32,000 bases of DNA from Candidatus Saccharimonadota bacterium (GCA_039920285.1 JBDSDX010000001.1:330001-362000), one strand, 5' to 3'. Shown: positions 8,052-17,068, counted from the first letter of the stretch. Translations and numbers: made by a program. The notes: a model not told the origin generated them from the sequence alone.

Positions 8052-9584
8052 CTATTCAGTGATGTCACGAATGACGGTGATATGCGCACCGAGCGTGTTG
8101 AGGCGTTCTGCGAGGTCTTCGTAGCCACGGTTGATCGAATAGATGTTACGCAGAGTCGAGATGCCAGGTGCGGCAAGCATGCCGAGCATGATGACAACTG
8201 CAGGGCGGAGAGCTGGAGGAGTGATAATCTCAGCAGCTTTCCATTTTGTCGGACCTTCAATATAGATACGGTGCGGATCAAGCAATTCAACTTTGGCATT
8301 GAGCTTTGAAAGCTCGGTCAAGTAAATCGCACGGTTTTCGTATACCCAGTCGTGGATAAGTGTGCGGCCTTTTGCAGCAGCAGCAATAACCGCGAAGAAG
8401 GGAAGGTTATCGATGTTCAAACCAGGAAATGGCATGGAGTGAATTTTATCAACTGAGGCTTTGAGGTCACTCGGCTTGGTAGTGAGGTCAACGAGACGAG
8501 TCTTGCCGTTAAGTGCAGTATATTCATCGGAGATTTCGTATTGAAAACCCATGTTCTCGAGGAACTTAAGGTCGATTTCAATGAATTCAATCGGTGCGCG
8601 CTCAATCGTAATCTCAGATTTCGTCACGATTGCTGCAGCGATAAAGCTCATTACTTCGATCGGATCTTCAGAAGGAGCGTATTCGACATTCTTGTTAATG
8701 TCGCGAAGACCGTGAATCTTAAGAGTTGTTGTCCCGATACCTTCGATTTTAACACCGAGTTTTTCAAGATAGAAACAGAGGTCTTGAACCATGTAGTTCG
8801 GGCTCGCGTTACGAACGATAGTGACACCGTCGTTGAGCGCAGCGGCCATGATGATATTTTCAGTGACAGTGTCACCGCGTTCTGAAAGAACAATTACTTT
8901 CTCGGGTTTGACGGTTTTCGCAACGGCGGCGTAATGGCCGGTTACGGTATTAACCGTCAGACCAAAGTAGGCGAGCCCACTCAGGTGTGGTTCCACTGTT
9001 CGTTCACCGAGTGTACAACCACCAGCATAGGGGAGGTCAAACGTCTTAAAGCGGTGAAGCAAAGGACCGAGGAACATAATAATACTCCGTGTTTTACGGG
9101 CTGCTTCACTATCGATGTTTTCTAACTTCAAACGAGCGGGTGGAGTGATTTCGAGATCGTTGTCACCAAACCAGCGGGTTTTGACGCCAATACTATTTAA
9201 GACTTCGATGATGCGGTTTACTTCTTCAATTCGAGCGACATGACGAAGAGTGGTTGTCCCACGATTGAGAAGTGACGCACAGAGAAGTGCGACGGCAGCA
9301 TTCTTGCTGGTTTTCGTGACAATGTGACCAGAGAGTTTGTGGCCACCTTCGATCCTAAAGTTAATTGATCCAGCTTGGTTTAGAGTTACAATCTGACTTG
9401 ACAAAACTTCACTAATACGAGCTAACATATCAAGGCTGATATTTTGTCCACCCTTTTCGATGCGATTTATCGCACTTTGACTGGTGTTCAATGCCTTTGC
9501 AAGTTGGGCCTGAGTCATACCGCGGGCTTGTCGCGTCTCTTGAATAAGTGTGCCGATTTTTGACGTATACGATTTTGTTTGCAT
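8052..9584 (-). CDS. murA: UDP-N-acetylglucosamine 1-carboxyvinyltransferase (MurA family) fused to an N-terminal XRE-type helix-turn-helix domain
   Basis: Residues about 8-65, IGTLIQETRQARGMTQAQLAKALNTSQSAINRIEKGGQNISLDMLARISEVL, form a classic XRE/Cro-cI HTH. The rest aligns by eye to MurA: SKNAAVALLCASLL vs AKNAALPILFAALL. The catalytic-loop Cys is retained in PYAGGCTLGERTVEPHLSGL vs LPGGCTIGARPVDLHISGL, and the C-terminal INRGYEDLAERLNTLGA matches IDRGYERIEDKLRALGA. Confidence 0.85.
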   Translation of the reverse strand: MQTKSYTSKIGTLIQETRQARGMTQAQLAKALNTSQSAINRIEKGGQNISLDMLARISEVLSSQIVTLNQAGSINFRIEGGHKLSGHIVTKTSKNAAVALLCASLLNRGTTTLRHVARIEEVNRIIEVLNSIGVKTRWFGDNDLEITPPARLKLENIDSEAARKTRSIIMFLGPLLHRFKTFDLPYAGGCTLGERTVEPHLSGLAYFGLTVNTVTGHYAAVAKTVKPEKVIVLSERGDTVTENIIMAAALNDGVTIVRNASPNYMVQDLCFYLEKLGVKIEGIGTTTLKIHGLRDINKNVEYAPSEDPIEVMSFIAAAIVTKSEITIERAPIEFIEIDLKFLENMGFQYEISDEYTALNGKTRLVDLTTKPSDLKASVDKIHSMPFPGLNIDNLPFFAVIAAAAKGRTLIHDWVYENRAIYLTELSKLNAKVELLDPHRIYIEGPTKWKAAEIITPPALRPAVVIMLGMLAAPGISTLRNIYSINRGYEDLAERLNTLGAHITVIRDITE

Positions 9585-9591
9585 AAGTATA

Positions 9592-9620
9592 ATAATATAT
9601 CATGATTGGTATACTGTCAA
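9592..9620 (-). promoter_or_regulatory. Strong sigma70-like promoter for murA, placed so that the transcript would be leaderless
   Basis: On the minus strand: TTGACA (9620-9615), a 17-nt spacer, TATTAT (9597-9592), then only 7 nt (tatactt) before the ATG at 9584. No Shine-Dalgarno sequence is present in those 7 nt. Confidence 0.55.
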
Positions 9621-9631
9621 GGAGCCGCTCG

Positions 9632-9640
9632 TGCTATAAT
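9632..9640 (+). promoter_or_regulatory. Extended -10 promoter candidate for glyA
   Basis: TGcTATAAT at 9632-9640, 22 nt upstream of ATG 9663. The short leader carries the SD AAAGGGG. Confidence 0.45.
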
Positions 9641-9662
9641 CGAGGTAAAAGGGGATACGAGT

Positions 9663-10973
9663 ATGACAGATAAACGAATGACACCACTGGTGACACATGA
9701 CGATCAAGTTGCGCTATTTATTGCTGGCGAAGAAGAGCGTGAACGCCGAGGACTTGAACTTATCCCTAGTGAAAACTATGTGAGTCGTGACGTACTAACT
9801 GCACTGGGAAGTATCTTTACGAACAAATACTCAGAAGGCTACCCTGGACGCCGTTATTATGGTGGTCAAGAATTCACCGACCAAGTTGAACTACTCGCCA
9901 TCGAACGTGCGAAGGAAATTTTTCATGCCGATCACGCCAATATGCAGCCACACTCTGGCGCACCGGCAAATGAAGCGGTCTATACAGCATGGCTCGAGCC
10001 GGGAGATACGGTACTTGCGATGGATCTAAGCCACGGTGGTCACTTGACGCATGGTGCACCGGTTACTCGAAGCGCTCATCTCTATAATTTCATCCGTTAT
10101 AAGATGAAAGATGTTGAAACGGGTGAGATTGATTACGAATTACTTCGAACACTCGCACTTGAACACAAACCAAAGATTATCTTAGCTGGCTTTAGTGCCT
10201 ATCCTCGAGAACTTGATTATGATAAGTTTGCTGCTATTGGCAATGAAGTTGGCGCACTCTTGATGGCTGATATGGCGCATATCGCTGGCCTTATCGCTGG
10301 TGGTGTCGCTGAAAACCCACTTGATCATGGGTTCCATGTCATGACCACCACTACCCACAAGACACTTCGTGGTCCTCGTGGCGGCATGATCTTAACTAAG
10401 GGTAAAGTGGGGAATCCACTTCGTGCTCCTGAGAAGACGATTGAGAACATTCCAACGCTGATTGACCGCGCAATCTTCCCTGGTATGCAGGGTGGTCCAC
10501 ACATGCACGTCATCGCAGCAAAGGCTGTGATGCTTCACGAAGCCATGCAGCCAGCCTTTAAGGTCTATGCGGCACAAATCGTGAAGAATGCCAGCACTTT
10601 GGCCGATGCACTCAAGGAGCGAGGCTTCCACCTCGTTACCGGTGGTACGAGTAACCACCTCATCTTAGCGGATGTCTATAAGAGTTTTGGTATTGATGGT
10701 AAGGTCGCCGAGAATGCACTTGATGCGATCGGGCTGACGTTGAACGCTAATTCAATTGCTGATGACCCTTTACCACCATTCCGTCCGAGCGGTATTCGTC
10801 TTGGAACACCAGCGTTAACGACTCGAGGACTCACCGAAGAGCACATGGCGAAGATTGCTGATTGGATGAAGCAAGCCATTGATAGTCGTGATGACCCTTC
10901 GGCACTGGTTGCTTTGAAGCAGGAGGTTGAAGAGTTTGCGCTTCAGTTCCCACTCCCTAGTGATAAAGAGTAA
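9663..10973 (+). CDS. glyA: Serine hydroxymethyltransferase
   Basis: LELIPSENYVSRDVLTALGSIFTNKYSEGYPGRRYYGG and the PLP-lysine box TTTTHKTLRGPRGG are diagnostic. The start is set at ATG 9663 (SD-supported) rather than the track's TTG at 9606. Confidence 0.93.
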   Translation: MTDKRMTPLVTHDDQVALFIAGEEERERRGLELIPSENYVSRDVLTALGSIFTNKYSEGYPGRRYYGGQEFTDQVELLAIERAKEIFHADHANMQPHSGAPANEAVYTAWLEPGDTVLAMDLSHGGHLTHGAPVTRSAHLYNFIRYKMKDVETGEIDYELLRTLALEHKPKIILAGFSAYPRELDYDKFAAIGNEVGALLMADMAHIAGLIAGGVAENPLDHGFHVMTTTTHKTLRGPRGGMILTKGKVGNPLRAPEKTIENIPTLIDRAIFPGMQGGPHMHVIAAKAVMLHEAMQPAFKVYAAQIVKNASTLADALKERGFHLVTGGTSNHLILADVYKSFGIDGKVAENALDAIGLTLNANSIADDPLPPFRPSGIRLGTPALTTRGLTEEHMAKIADWMKQAIDSRDDPSALVALKQEVEEFALQFPLPSDKE

Positions 10974-10987
10974 ATAAGATAGTATAT

Positions 10988-11019
10988 AAAAAAATCGCTC
11001 CGTGATGGAGCGATTTTTT
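10988..11019. terminator. Bidirectional rho-independent terminator between convergent glyA and the pilin gene
   Basis: A7 - ATCGCTCC (10994-11001) - gtgat - GGAGCGAT (11007-11014) - T6. The A-run and T-run flank an 8-bp GC-containing stem. Confidence 0.7.
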
Positions 11020-11038
11020 GTTTAGCTAATCTACCTTA

Positions 11039-11509
11039 TTAAGTACAAGAAGGAGTTGTGTTGCTGTAGGTAAGTGCATTACCGATAAGTGTGTTTACAG
11101 GAGCACCAGTTACTGAGTCCCAGTAAGCAACACATGCACCAGTCGTACTTTTTGGAATGTACTGAACGCTAGTGGTGACAGGAGAAGGTGTTGCAAATCC
11201 AGTTGCTGCCAAAATTCCTGACTGAACGGTCAAACCAGATGGGAGCTTCGCAGTTCCCGTGGTAATACCGTTAAGTTGTGCCAAGGTAGGGTATAGGCCA
11301 TTATTGTCTTGAGCGTATGTTTCGACAACTTGGACAACGCTTTGTGCGTTTGCCTTAGCTGTGTTCGTGTTTGCTTTCGCAGAGATACCTGTGTAAGAGA
11401 CAATCGTGATTGCTGCCAAGATACCAATGACAACGATGACGATCAAGAGCTCAACGATAGTGAAACCGCGTTCGTCTTGTAATCTAGATTTGATGTTGTT
11501 GAAACTCAT
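11039..11509 (-). CDS. Type IV pilin, PilA-like (probable major pilin)
   Basis: Prepilin leader and cleavage motif ..QDERG/FTIVELLIVIVVIGILAAITIVSY with Glu at mature position 5. There is a C-terminal Cys pair (..TGACVAYW...TPSCT). Codon usage looks like high expression. The gene has its own promoter candidate and the bidirectional terminator downstream. Confidence 0.85.
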   Translation of the reverse strand: MSFNNIKSRLQDERGFTIVELLIVIVVIGILAAITIVSYTGISAKANTNTAKANAQSVVQVVETYAQDNNGLYPTLAQLNGITTGTAKLPSGLTVQSGILAATGFATPSPVTTSVQYIPKSTTGACVAYWDSVTGAPVNTLIGNALTYSNTTPSCT

Positions 11510-11549
11510 TGTGAGTCGCCCCCTAATTATTGTGATTTATTCTAAGTCT

Positions 11550-11578
11550 AATGTACTACGTGGCCACTATAAGCGCAA
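11550..11578 (-). promoter_or_regulatory. Sigma70-like promoter candidate for pilin gene 11039..11509
   Basis: On the minus strand: TTGCGC (11578-11573), a 17-nt spacer, then TACATT (11555-11550). It lies in the 89-bp gap between the two pilin genes. Confidence 0.35.
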
Positions 11579-11598
11579 GCATTTTCTTTATGTTTTGT

Positions 11599-12084
11599 TT
11601 ATGGACAAACGATGCCCGTACCAGTATCAACACCCGCAACTTTATATGAATTGGCATTCGGGCTCCCGTCATAGGTCCAATAGTATATACGGACGCCTGT
11701 GAGATTCTGGTTCACGGGGGTAATATCGGTCTGAGACATGTTTGGCGTCGTACCACATTTCACATATCTTAGCGTGCTCGGTGAGTTTGGCTGGTTTGTA
11801 TTGAGGGTAAAGCTGAAATCAGTCGAATTGAGGTAATATGATTTTGTCGAATCAGCCGATAGATCGTTTGTGGAGTAGGGATAGGTACTGGTCTCGGATG
11901 CGTAGACAGTAATTTTCTGGACAACTGATTGCGCTGCTGAGACCGCCTTTGCGGTGTTCGTACGGGTCGTTACGGAGGCATACGAAATGATTGTTACAGA
12001 GGAGAGTATACCGATAACAACAATAACAACCAAGAGTTCAACGATAGTGAAGCCGCGTGGACGAGTGGTTACTATCTGCTGCAT
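11599..12084 (-). CDS. Type IV pilin, second PilA-like paralogue
   Basis: ..TTRPRG/FTIVELLVVIVVIGILSSVTIISY prepilin motif and a C-terminal Cys pair (VKCGTT...GIVCP). It lies 14 nt downstream of the minor-pilin operon. Confidence 0.85.
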   Translation of the reverse strand: MQQIVTTRPRGFTIVELLVVIVVIGILSSVTIISYASVTTRTNTAKAVSAAQSVVQKITVYASETSTYPYSTNDLSADSTKSYYLNSTDFSFTLNTNQPNSPSTLRYVKCGTTPNMSQTDITPVNQNLTGVRIYYWTYDGSPNANSYKVAGVDTGTGIVCP

Positions 12085-12098
12085 TTTCGTCTCCTTTT

Positions 12099-13994
12099 TT
12101 AGTTAACGACAAAGCTTGTTGAGGTTGTTCCACATCCACATCCTGTGTAAAGATACAGAATATTTGTGGTTGTGACGTATCGCAAAATGTCTGTTTTGTT
12201 ATCGCCAGTGTAGTCCCAACCACTGGTCACGCGGTTATTTAACCAACCACTTCCTTGTGTCGAGTTTGACGTCACAAATCCGGCTCCGTCACCTTGATAG
12301 AATATAAGTGTTCCAGCACTGTTTGTCACGAGAATATCTCCCTTGCCGTCAACACTAAAGTCGCCACCGCCGAATACTGTATCTGCTGCATAACCATTCC
12401 AGCCACCCCCGGATGAGGCAATGAAGGTAGCGACGCCGCCACTACTCAAGCCCCACCTGCCGAGAGCATTTGCATGACAGTTCACGATCACGGTAGTGTT
12501 ATTAGTGTATTGGAACGGCGAAGCGAAGACATCCATACAGCTACTAAATGATCCTGCAGGTGCGCTGGTGATAGTGCTGCCAGAGATGCTATATTGTCCA
12601 TTAGATTTGAGAGCATAGCCACCACCCCCTGTGTCAGTCCACCACATAATTGGTGCTGTGCCGCTCGGTAATGTTCCTGGTCCAATGAAACTCACGACGC
12701 TGGAACCAATGTTAGTGAGCAAGATACCCCCATTAAATGTCCCGTCACCATTACCAGTATGGAGGCGAACATCACCGATACTGGTATACCCGAGGATGTC
12801 GTTCTTCCCATCATTGTTCCAGTCACCCACACCGGTAAGTTTTGTGTAACTTGACCATGGGTTTGTACCAGTGGTGTATCCAAGTACGCCGGTCGAGTAT
12901 GCGGTCGTTCCTGTAGAATTTGTCGCAGAGACTTTGAAGAAATACCCGGTGGCAGTGGTGAGACCAGTAATAGTTTTAGTGGTTGAAGTTATATTAGAAA
13001 TTGTCGTTGGACTAGAGAAGCTACTTGTTTTCGAATATTGCAGTGTGTAACTTGTTGGTGTACCCGAAGGTGAAGTCCAATTTACTGTCGCACTAGTGTT
13101 TGTATTACCACTCGTATTTACTTTCGTTGGAGGACCACTCAGCGCGGATTGTACTGGCGGGGCAGCAACGGTTGTGGCATTCGTTTCAAGTCGTGTTGCT
13201 CGCATTGTGGCAGCTCGTTCGATAGTACGACCTGCGACTACTTGGTTTGCAGTCAGAGAAACAACGACCGTAGGAGTGGAGAAGAGGGCGGTGTTCCGAT
13301 CTGTAACGGACGAACTGGTGTTAGAAGCAACAGTGTTTGGCAGAGTAGCATTTGTCGTCGTGAAATATTGAATAAAGAAGCTACTTGGATTCACACCATC
13401 AACGAGCCTGACGTCGTTTGTTTTACAGAACGGATCGGTATATCCAACAGAACAACTTGGACGCTGCCACGGAGTGGAACAGCCTGTTGACGCGTAGTTT
13501 GAAGGCATAACTGTCCGTCGCCAGAGAGTCGTTCCTTTTATGTAATAGATGACATTCATTGTCATCGGGACGTTGTTTTGTACGAGCGCAGTACCACACC
13601 CATTTGGTTGATTGGAAAGATAGACAACACCAGAGCCTAAGGTGAGGGGATTATCATTTGTGACCAGGACATTAAGGATGAGCATTGGGCCAGTTGCTCC
13701 GCCGACATTTGTGAAATTAGATGTCGCGTCGTTGTAACCTTGTGGAGATGCAGGTGTAATATTATTTTGTGCCAAGAAAACCGAACTGAGTTTTACGTCC
13801 TGTTCGATGCGGTTCATCGTATCCTGGACGTTATAGGTGAGTTGATTTGAACCACGCGATGCTAAAACTTCACCAGTCACGCTAATGATAACAGTGAGGA
13901 ATGCACCGATAGTAAGAATAACGATAGGTGCGATGATGAGGATTTCAATAAGTGTGAATCCTTTTTGTGAAGTACGCTGGCGAAACAGTGACAT
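12099..13994 (-). CDS. Large minor (pseudo)pilin with Fn3 module and FG-GAP/VCBS-type repeats (candidate tip adhesin)
   Basis: The prepilin motif is ..TSQKG/FTLIEILII. Residues about 287-372 look Fn3-like (..ATVNWTSPSGTPTSYTLQYSKTSSF...TGLTTATGYFFKVSATNSTG). Residues about 380-631 carry FG-GAP-like calcium-binding boxes (GDWNNDGKNDILGY, GGGDFSVDGKGDILV, WDYTGDNKTDILRY). The start overlaps the upstream stop as TAATG. Confidence 0.8.
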   Translation of the reverse strand: MSLFRQRTSQKGFTLIEILIIAPIVILTIGAFLTVIISVTGEVLASRGSNQLTYNVQDTMNRIEQDVKLSSVFLAQNNITPASPQGYNDATSNFTNVGGATGPMLILNVLVTNDNPLTLGSGVVYLSNQPNGCGTALVQNNVPMTMNVIYYIKGTTLWRRTVMPSNYASTGCSTPWQRPSCSVGYTDPFCKTNDVRLVDGVNPSSFFIQYFTTTNATLPNTVASNTSSSVTDRNTALFSTPTVVVSLTANQVVAGRTIERAATMRATRLETNATTVAAPPVQSALSGPPTKVNTSGNTNTSATVNWTSPSGTPTSYTLQYSKTSSFSSPTTISNITSTTKTITGLTTATGYFFKVSATNSTGTTAYSTGVLGYTTGTNPWSSYTKLTGVGDWNNDGKNDILGYTSIGDVRLHTGNGDGTFNGGILLTNIGSSVVSFIGPGTLPSGTAPIMWWTDTGGGGYALKSNGQYSISGSTITSAPAGSFSSCMDVFASPFQYTNNTTVIVNCHANALGRWGLSSGGVATFIASSGGGWNGYAADTVFGGGDFSVDGKGDILVTNSAGTLIFYQGDGAGFVTSNSTQGSGWLNNRVTSGWDYTGDNKTDILRYVTTTNILYLYTGCGCGTTSTSFVVN

Positions 13995-15019
13995 TATTTT
14001 GCACCTCCAGCGTAGAGACTCGATATCTCTGTCGACGAGAGCGCGCGGTCGTACATTCTCATATCATCAATAGATCCTGTCCAGTATGCTGAACCTCCCG
14101 CGTAGTACCCCAAGTCAAGAGTTTGACCTGTTTTTGTATACGTTCCGGCGGTCGCACTGCTTGCAATAACCGAACCATTCCGGTAGATTTTCGTTCCTGT
14201 TGAAGCAGATGCAGTAAAGGTATAGAGTGACCAAGTATTAAACCAAGCTACATTGAATGGGGTAGTGAGTCTTCCGGTTGTTTGATTACCAAAATCCCAA
14301 TACATTGTATTACCGGTGTAGGGAATTAAGATCTGAATAATACTCCCTGCAGCACCTACAGGATTAGTTGTCATAAATGATGCGGACGCAGAACTTGGCT
14401 TTGCCCATACCGAGATAGTAATCGCATTCATTGGCGACGGCATACTATTGGTGTCAAAACGTATATACGAGTTTGTCCCACTCAGACTATATGCTGTATT
14501 CTCGGTGCCGCTCGGTCCAGGAACTGGCGTGGCGTTAGTTAGGGCACCATTTGATGAACCAACTGAAGTATTTGCATCACCATTAAATTTCCACCAACCA
14601 ATAAGTCCGTCTGTTATATCGGCTGATTGTAGTCCTGAGCCATTCACGAAAGTAGCATACTCAGTTGTTTGTTGAGGTGTGTTGTAGCTAATCGTTGCTT
14701 CAACTTTTGAGAGTCCTGTCGTTGAATAACTAGGACAGCTGATAGAAACGGAGATTGTTACGGTGTCGAGTCCGTCTATGTCGATAGGTGAATTTGTGAG
14801 AGGAGTTTGTGCAGTACAAGGGTCTGTAGCAGATGGCGAATAACGACGGAGGTAGTCGTAGGCAACATTTCCTGCACGAGATTCCGAACGTGCTTGACCG
14901 CCGTCTTTTATAACAATATTAAAAAGCTGATAGCCAGCGATCAAAAAAGCCGCTGCCACAAAGAGGGTGATTAGTAGCTCGACTGCAGTAAATCCAGCCT
15001 GAGGATATCGACGTATCAT
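13994..15019 (-). CDS. Minor pilin with C-terminal LamG/concanavalin-like lectin-fold domain
   Basis: The prepilin motif is ..YPQAG/FTAVELLITLFVAAAFLIAG. The C-terminal roughly 200 aa carry LamG_3-type boxes (LIGWWKFNGDANTSVG ... SIDDMRMYDRALSSTEISSLY). An ATGA overlap links it to the upstream gene. Confidence 0.8.
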   Translation of the reverse strand: MIRRYPQAGFTAVELLITLFVAAAFLIAGYQLFNIVIKDGGQARSESRAGNVAYDYLRRYSPSATDPCTAQTPLTNSPIDIDGLDTVTISVSISCPSYSTTGLSKVEATISYNTPQQTTEYATFVNGSGLQSADITDGLIGWWKFNGDANTSVGSSNGALTNATPVPGPSGTENTAYSLSGTNSYIRFDTNSMPSPMNAITISVWAKPSSASASFMTTNPVGAAGSIIQILIPYTGNTMYWDFGNQTTGRLTTPFNVAWFNTWSLYTFTASASTGTKIYRNGSVIASSATAGTYTKTGQTLDLGYYAGGSAYWTGSIDDMRMYDRALSSTEISSLYAGGAK

Positions 15020-15519
15020 TGGTTTTTACTCATGACCATATAGACGGTATTATCTTTTTCGAGACGGTAGTAGATATTGTACTTTCGACAGTCGAGTCCG
15101 TTACTACAGATTGCTCCAGTTGAATCAATTGGTTGGTAGACGTACTGAGAAATAGTAGGTTGTGGTGCGACACCAGTCGTGGTTTGAACGGAGTTGGTGG
15201 CTTGAATGAAACTCGTGAAGTTGTTAGATGCTCCGGGTGCGGTGAATGTTTTTGGGTCTGCGTCAGGTATGTTTGGTTGGAAGTTTGTAGGGGTTGTTAC
15301 TTGAACAGCAGGATAGTTGCCAGGTATTCCATTAACTGGTGAGCCGGCACTGTAGAAGTTTTCCATCCAGGTTTGGATTGTCGCAATATCAGCGGTTCGT
15401 TCGTTATCTCGAGATGCGACTTGGTTGCCGTTGATGTTGACGATCGTCAGGATCAACAAGATTCCCATAATCGTAATCGTAATAATCAGTTCAACCACCG
15501 TAAACCCGCGCTGTTTCAT
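15016..15519 (-). CDS. Minor pilin (prepilin-type N-terminal cleavage/methylation domain protein)
   Basis: MKQRG/FTVVELIITITIMGILLILTIV. It is the first gene of the coupled operon 15519->12099. Confidence 0.8.
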   Translation of the reverse strand: MKQRGFTVVELIITITIMGILLILTIVNINGNQVASRDNERTADIATIQTWMENFYSAGSPVNGIPGNYPAVQVTTPTNFQPNIPDADPKTFTAPGASNNFTSFIQATNSVQTTTGVAPQPTISQYVYQPIDSTGAICSNGLDCRKYNIYYRLEKDNTVYMVMSKNQ

Positions 15520-15559
15520 GTCTCTAGCATAAGAGGTTTGGCCTCAAATCGCAAGAGGA

Positions 15560-16582
15560 CTAGATCTCGAGTGGTTCTTGTTCAATTTGAATACGGAATT
15601 TATCTCTGACGCCACCAATAATTTCATCACGCGCTTGTTGTAAATCAGCGAAGCTTGCGGCGGATTCGTTGATGAGAACAAGGGTATTTTTATCGTGAAC
15701 ACGCATGCCGTGCAGAAGTTGGCCTTTAAAGCCGACTTGTTCGATCAGCCATCCAGTAGGAATCTTCACCATACCATCAGGCATACCGAATGTTTTCATA
15801 TCAGGATAGGTGCGTTTTAATTCATCAGCCTGCCACTGTTCGACGACGGCATTCTTAAAGAAGGATCCGGTGTTTGGTTTGACGGCAGGGTCGGGAAGTT
15901 TATCGGTCCGAATCGCAATAACAGCATCTCGAACAATCTGCTGGGTGAATATTTTAATATTATGCTCGTCGAAATACGTTTGAAGGGCCTCATAAAATGG
16001 TGCTTGTGGCAAACTTTTTGATAGTTTGACAGTAATACTAGTGATAACATAGCGTCCTTTTTGGTCACCACGAAAGATGCTGTGACGGTAGGAAAAACCA
16101 CATTCTTCATTTTGGAGACTTACTATTTGATTGGTTTGTGAGTCGTAGGCCTCCACCGACACGAGCGTGTCTGAAATCTCTTGTCCATATGCACCCACAT
16201 TTTGGACTGGCGCTGCGCCGACTGTGCCCGGGATTGCCGACATTGCTTCAATACCACTGAGGCGCATGTCGACTGTCTTCTTTACGGTCTCGTCCCATCC
16301 CTCCCCTGCCCCGATTTTTATTGTTGTTGTATTTATGTCATCACTAACGATATCGAAACCGGGGATACGGATACGGATAATAAGACCACTAAATCCCTCG
16401 TCTTTGGCAACCACATTGCTGCCGCCGCCTAATATAAATACGGGTAATTGTTTAGAAATAGCATTGCGGTAAACAGCGAGGAGTTCATCAATAGTACGAA
16501 CTTCAACAAAAAATCGAGCAGGGCCACCGAGTTTCATAGTGGTGAAGTTTTTAAGCGGGATGTTTGTATGGACTTCCATCAT
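15560..16582 (-). CDS. murB: UDP-N-acetylenolpyruvoylglucosamine reductase
   Basis: It has the FAD-binding N-terminal boxes NIPLKNFTTMKLGGPARFF and VFILGGGSNVV. The C-terminal MurB domain contains ..GSFFKN.. and ..GWLIEQVGFKG... An ATGA overlap links it to the upstream HIT gene. Confidence 0.9.
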   Translation of the reverse strand: MMEVHTNIPLKNFTTMKLGGPARFFVEVRTIDELLAVYRNAISKQLPVFILGGGSNVVAKDEGFSGLIIRIRIPGFDIVSDDINTTTIKIGAGEGWDETVKKTVDMRLSGIEAMSAIPGTVGAAPVQNVGAYGQEISDTLVSVEAYDSQTNQIVSLQNEECGFSYRHSIFRGDQKGRYVITSITVKLSKSLPQAPFYEALQTYFDEHNIKIFTQQIVRDAVIAIRTDKLPDPAVKPNTGSFFKNAVVEQWQADELKRTYPDMKTFGMPDGMVKIPTGWLIEQVGFKGQLLHGMRVHDKNTLVLINESAASFADLQQARDEIIGGVRDKFRIQIEQEPLEI

Positions 16583-17010
16583 TTTGTGATCCGTATATAT
16601 GGTTTGCGAATAGAGAAGACAAATGTAGTGATTGAATCACCTGGTTTAATGAGGTGGGTGTGATAATGGGCGATAGTACGTATCTTTGAGGTCGAAGCGC
16701 GAGTATAAGTATTGTAGCCTTTGATTGTGTATTTCTCGAGGAGATCGAGATATTCGATTTTTTGCTCATCAGTCAGTTTGTTCAAGTTGCCGATGTGCTG
16801 CTTTGGAGTGATCATCAGGTGTTCAGCAACGGGTTGATTATCCCACAGTGTGTAGGGGAAATTGTTTCGGACGACTTGGAACGATTTTGTTTCAGCAATA
16901 TAGCGCTGATCACCTTTTTTGACACCACAGAATACACATACGTCCGTGTCGGCGGTTCTGAGATGTTTTCGGTAAGCGTGTTCTGCCTTTGTGGTGCGGG
17001 TTGCGGTCAT
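16579..17010 (-). CDS. HIT-family nucleotide hydrolase/transferase-like protein
   Basis: 143 aa with a histidine-triad-like box IAHYHTHLIKP near the C-terminus and a CxxC (CVFC) near the N-terminus. It is coupled to murB. Confidence 0.65.
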   Translation of the reverse strand: MTATRTTKAEHAYRKHLRTADTDVCVFCGVKKGDQRYIAETKSFQVVRNNFPYTLWDNQPVAEHLMITPKQHIGNLNKLTDEQKIEYLDLLEKYTIKGYNTYTRASTSKIRTIAHYHTHLIKPGDSITTFVFSIRKPYIRITK

Positions 17011-17068
17011 ATGTATGTATTATACACGGCTAAAGCGGAACGAACACTAGTAGTGGAAAGACCTGTTG

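Noticed and set aside
9606-9662. The TTG start at 9606 for glyA (track ORF 9606..10973), and similarly the 30139 start for island gene D.
   Set aside because: The downstream ATGs (9663 and 30271) have proper SDs. For glyA, ATG 9663 gives the normal SHMT N-terminus, and the extension would cover the promoter region shared with murA.
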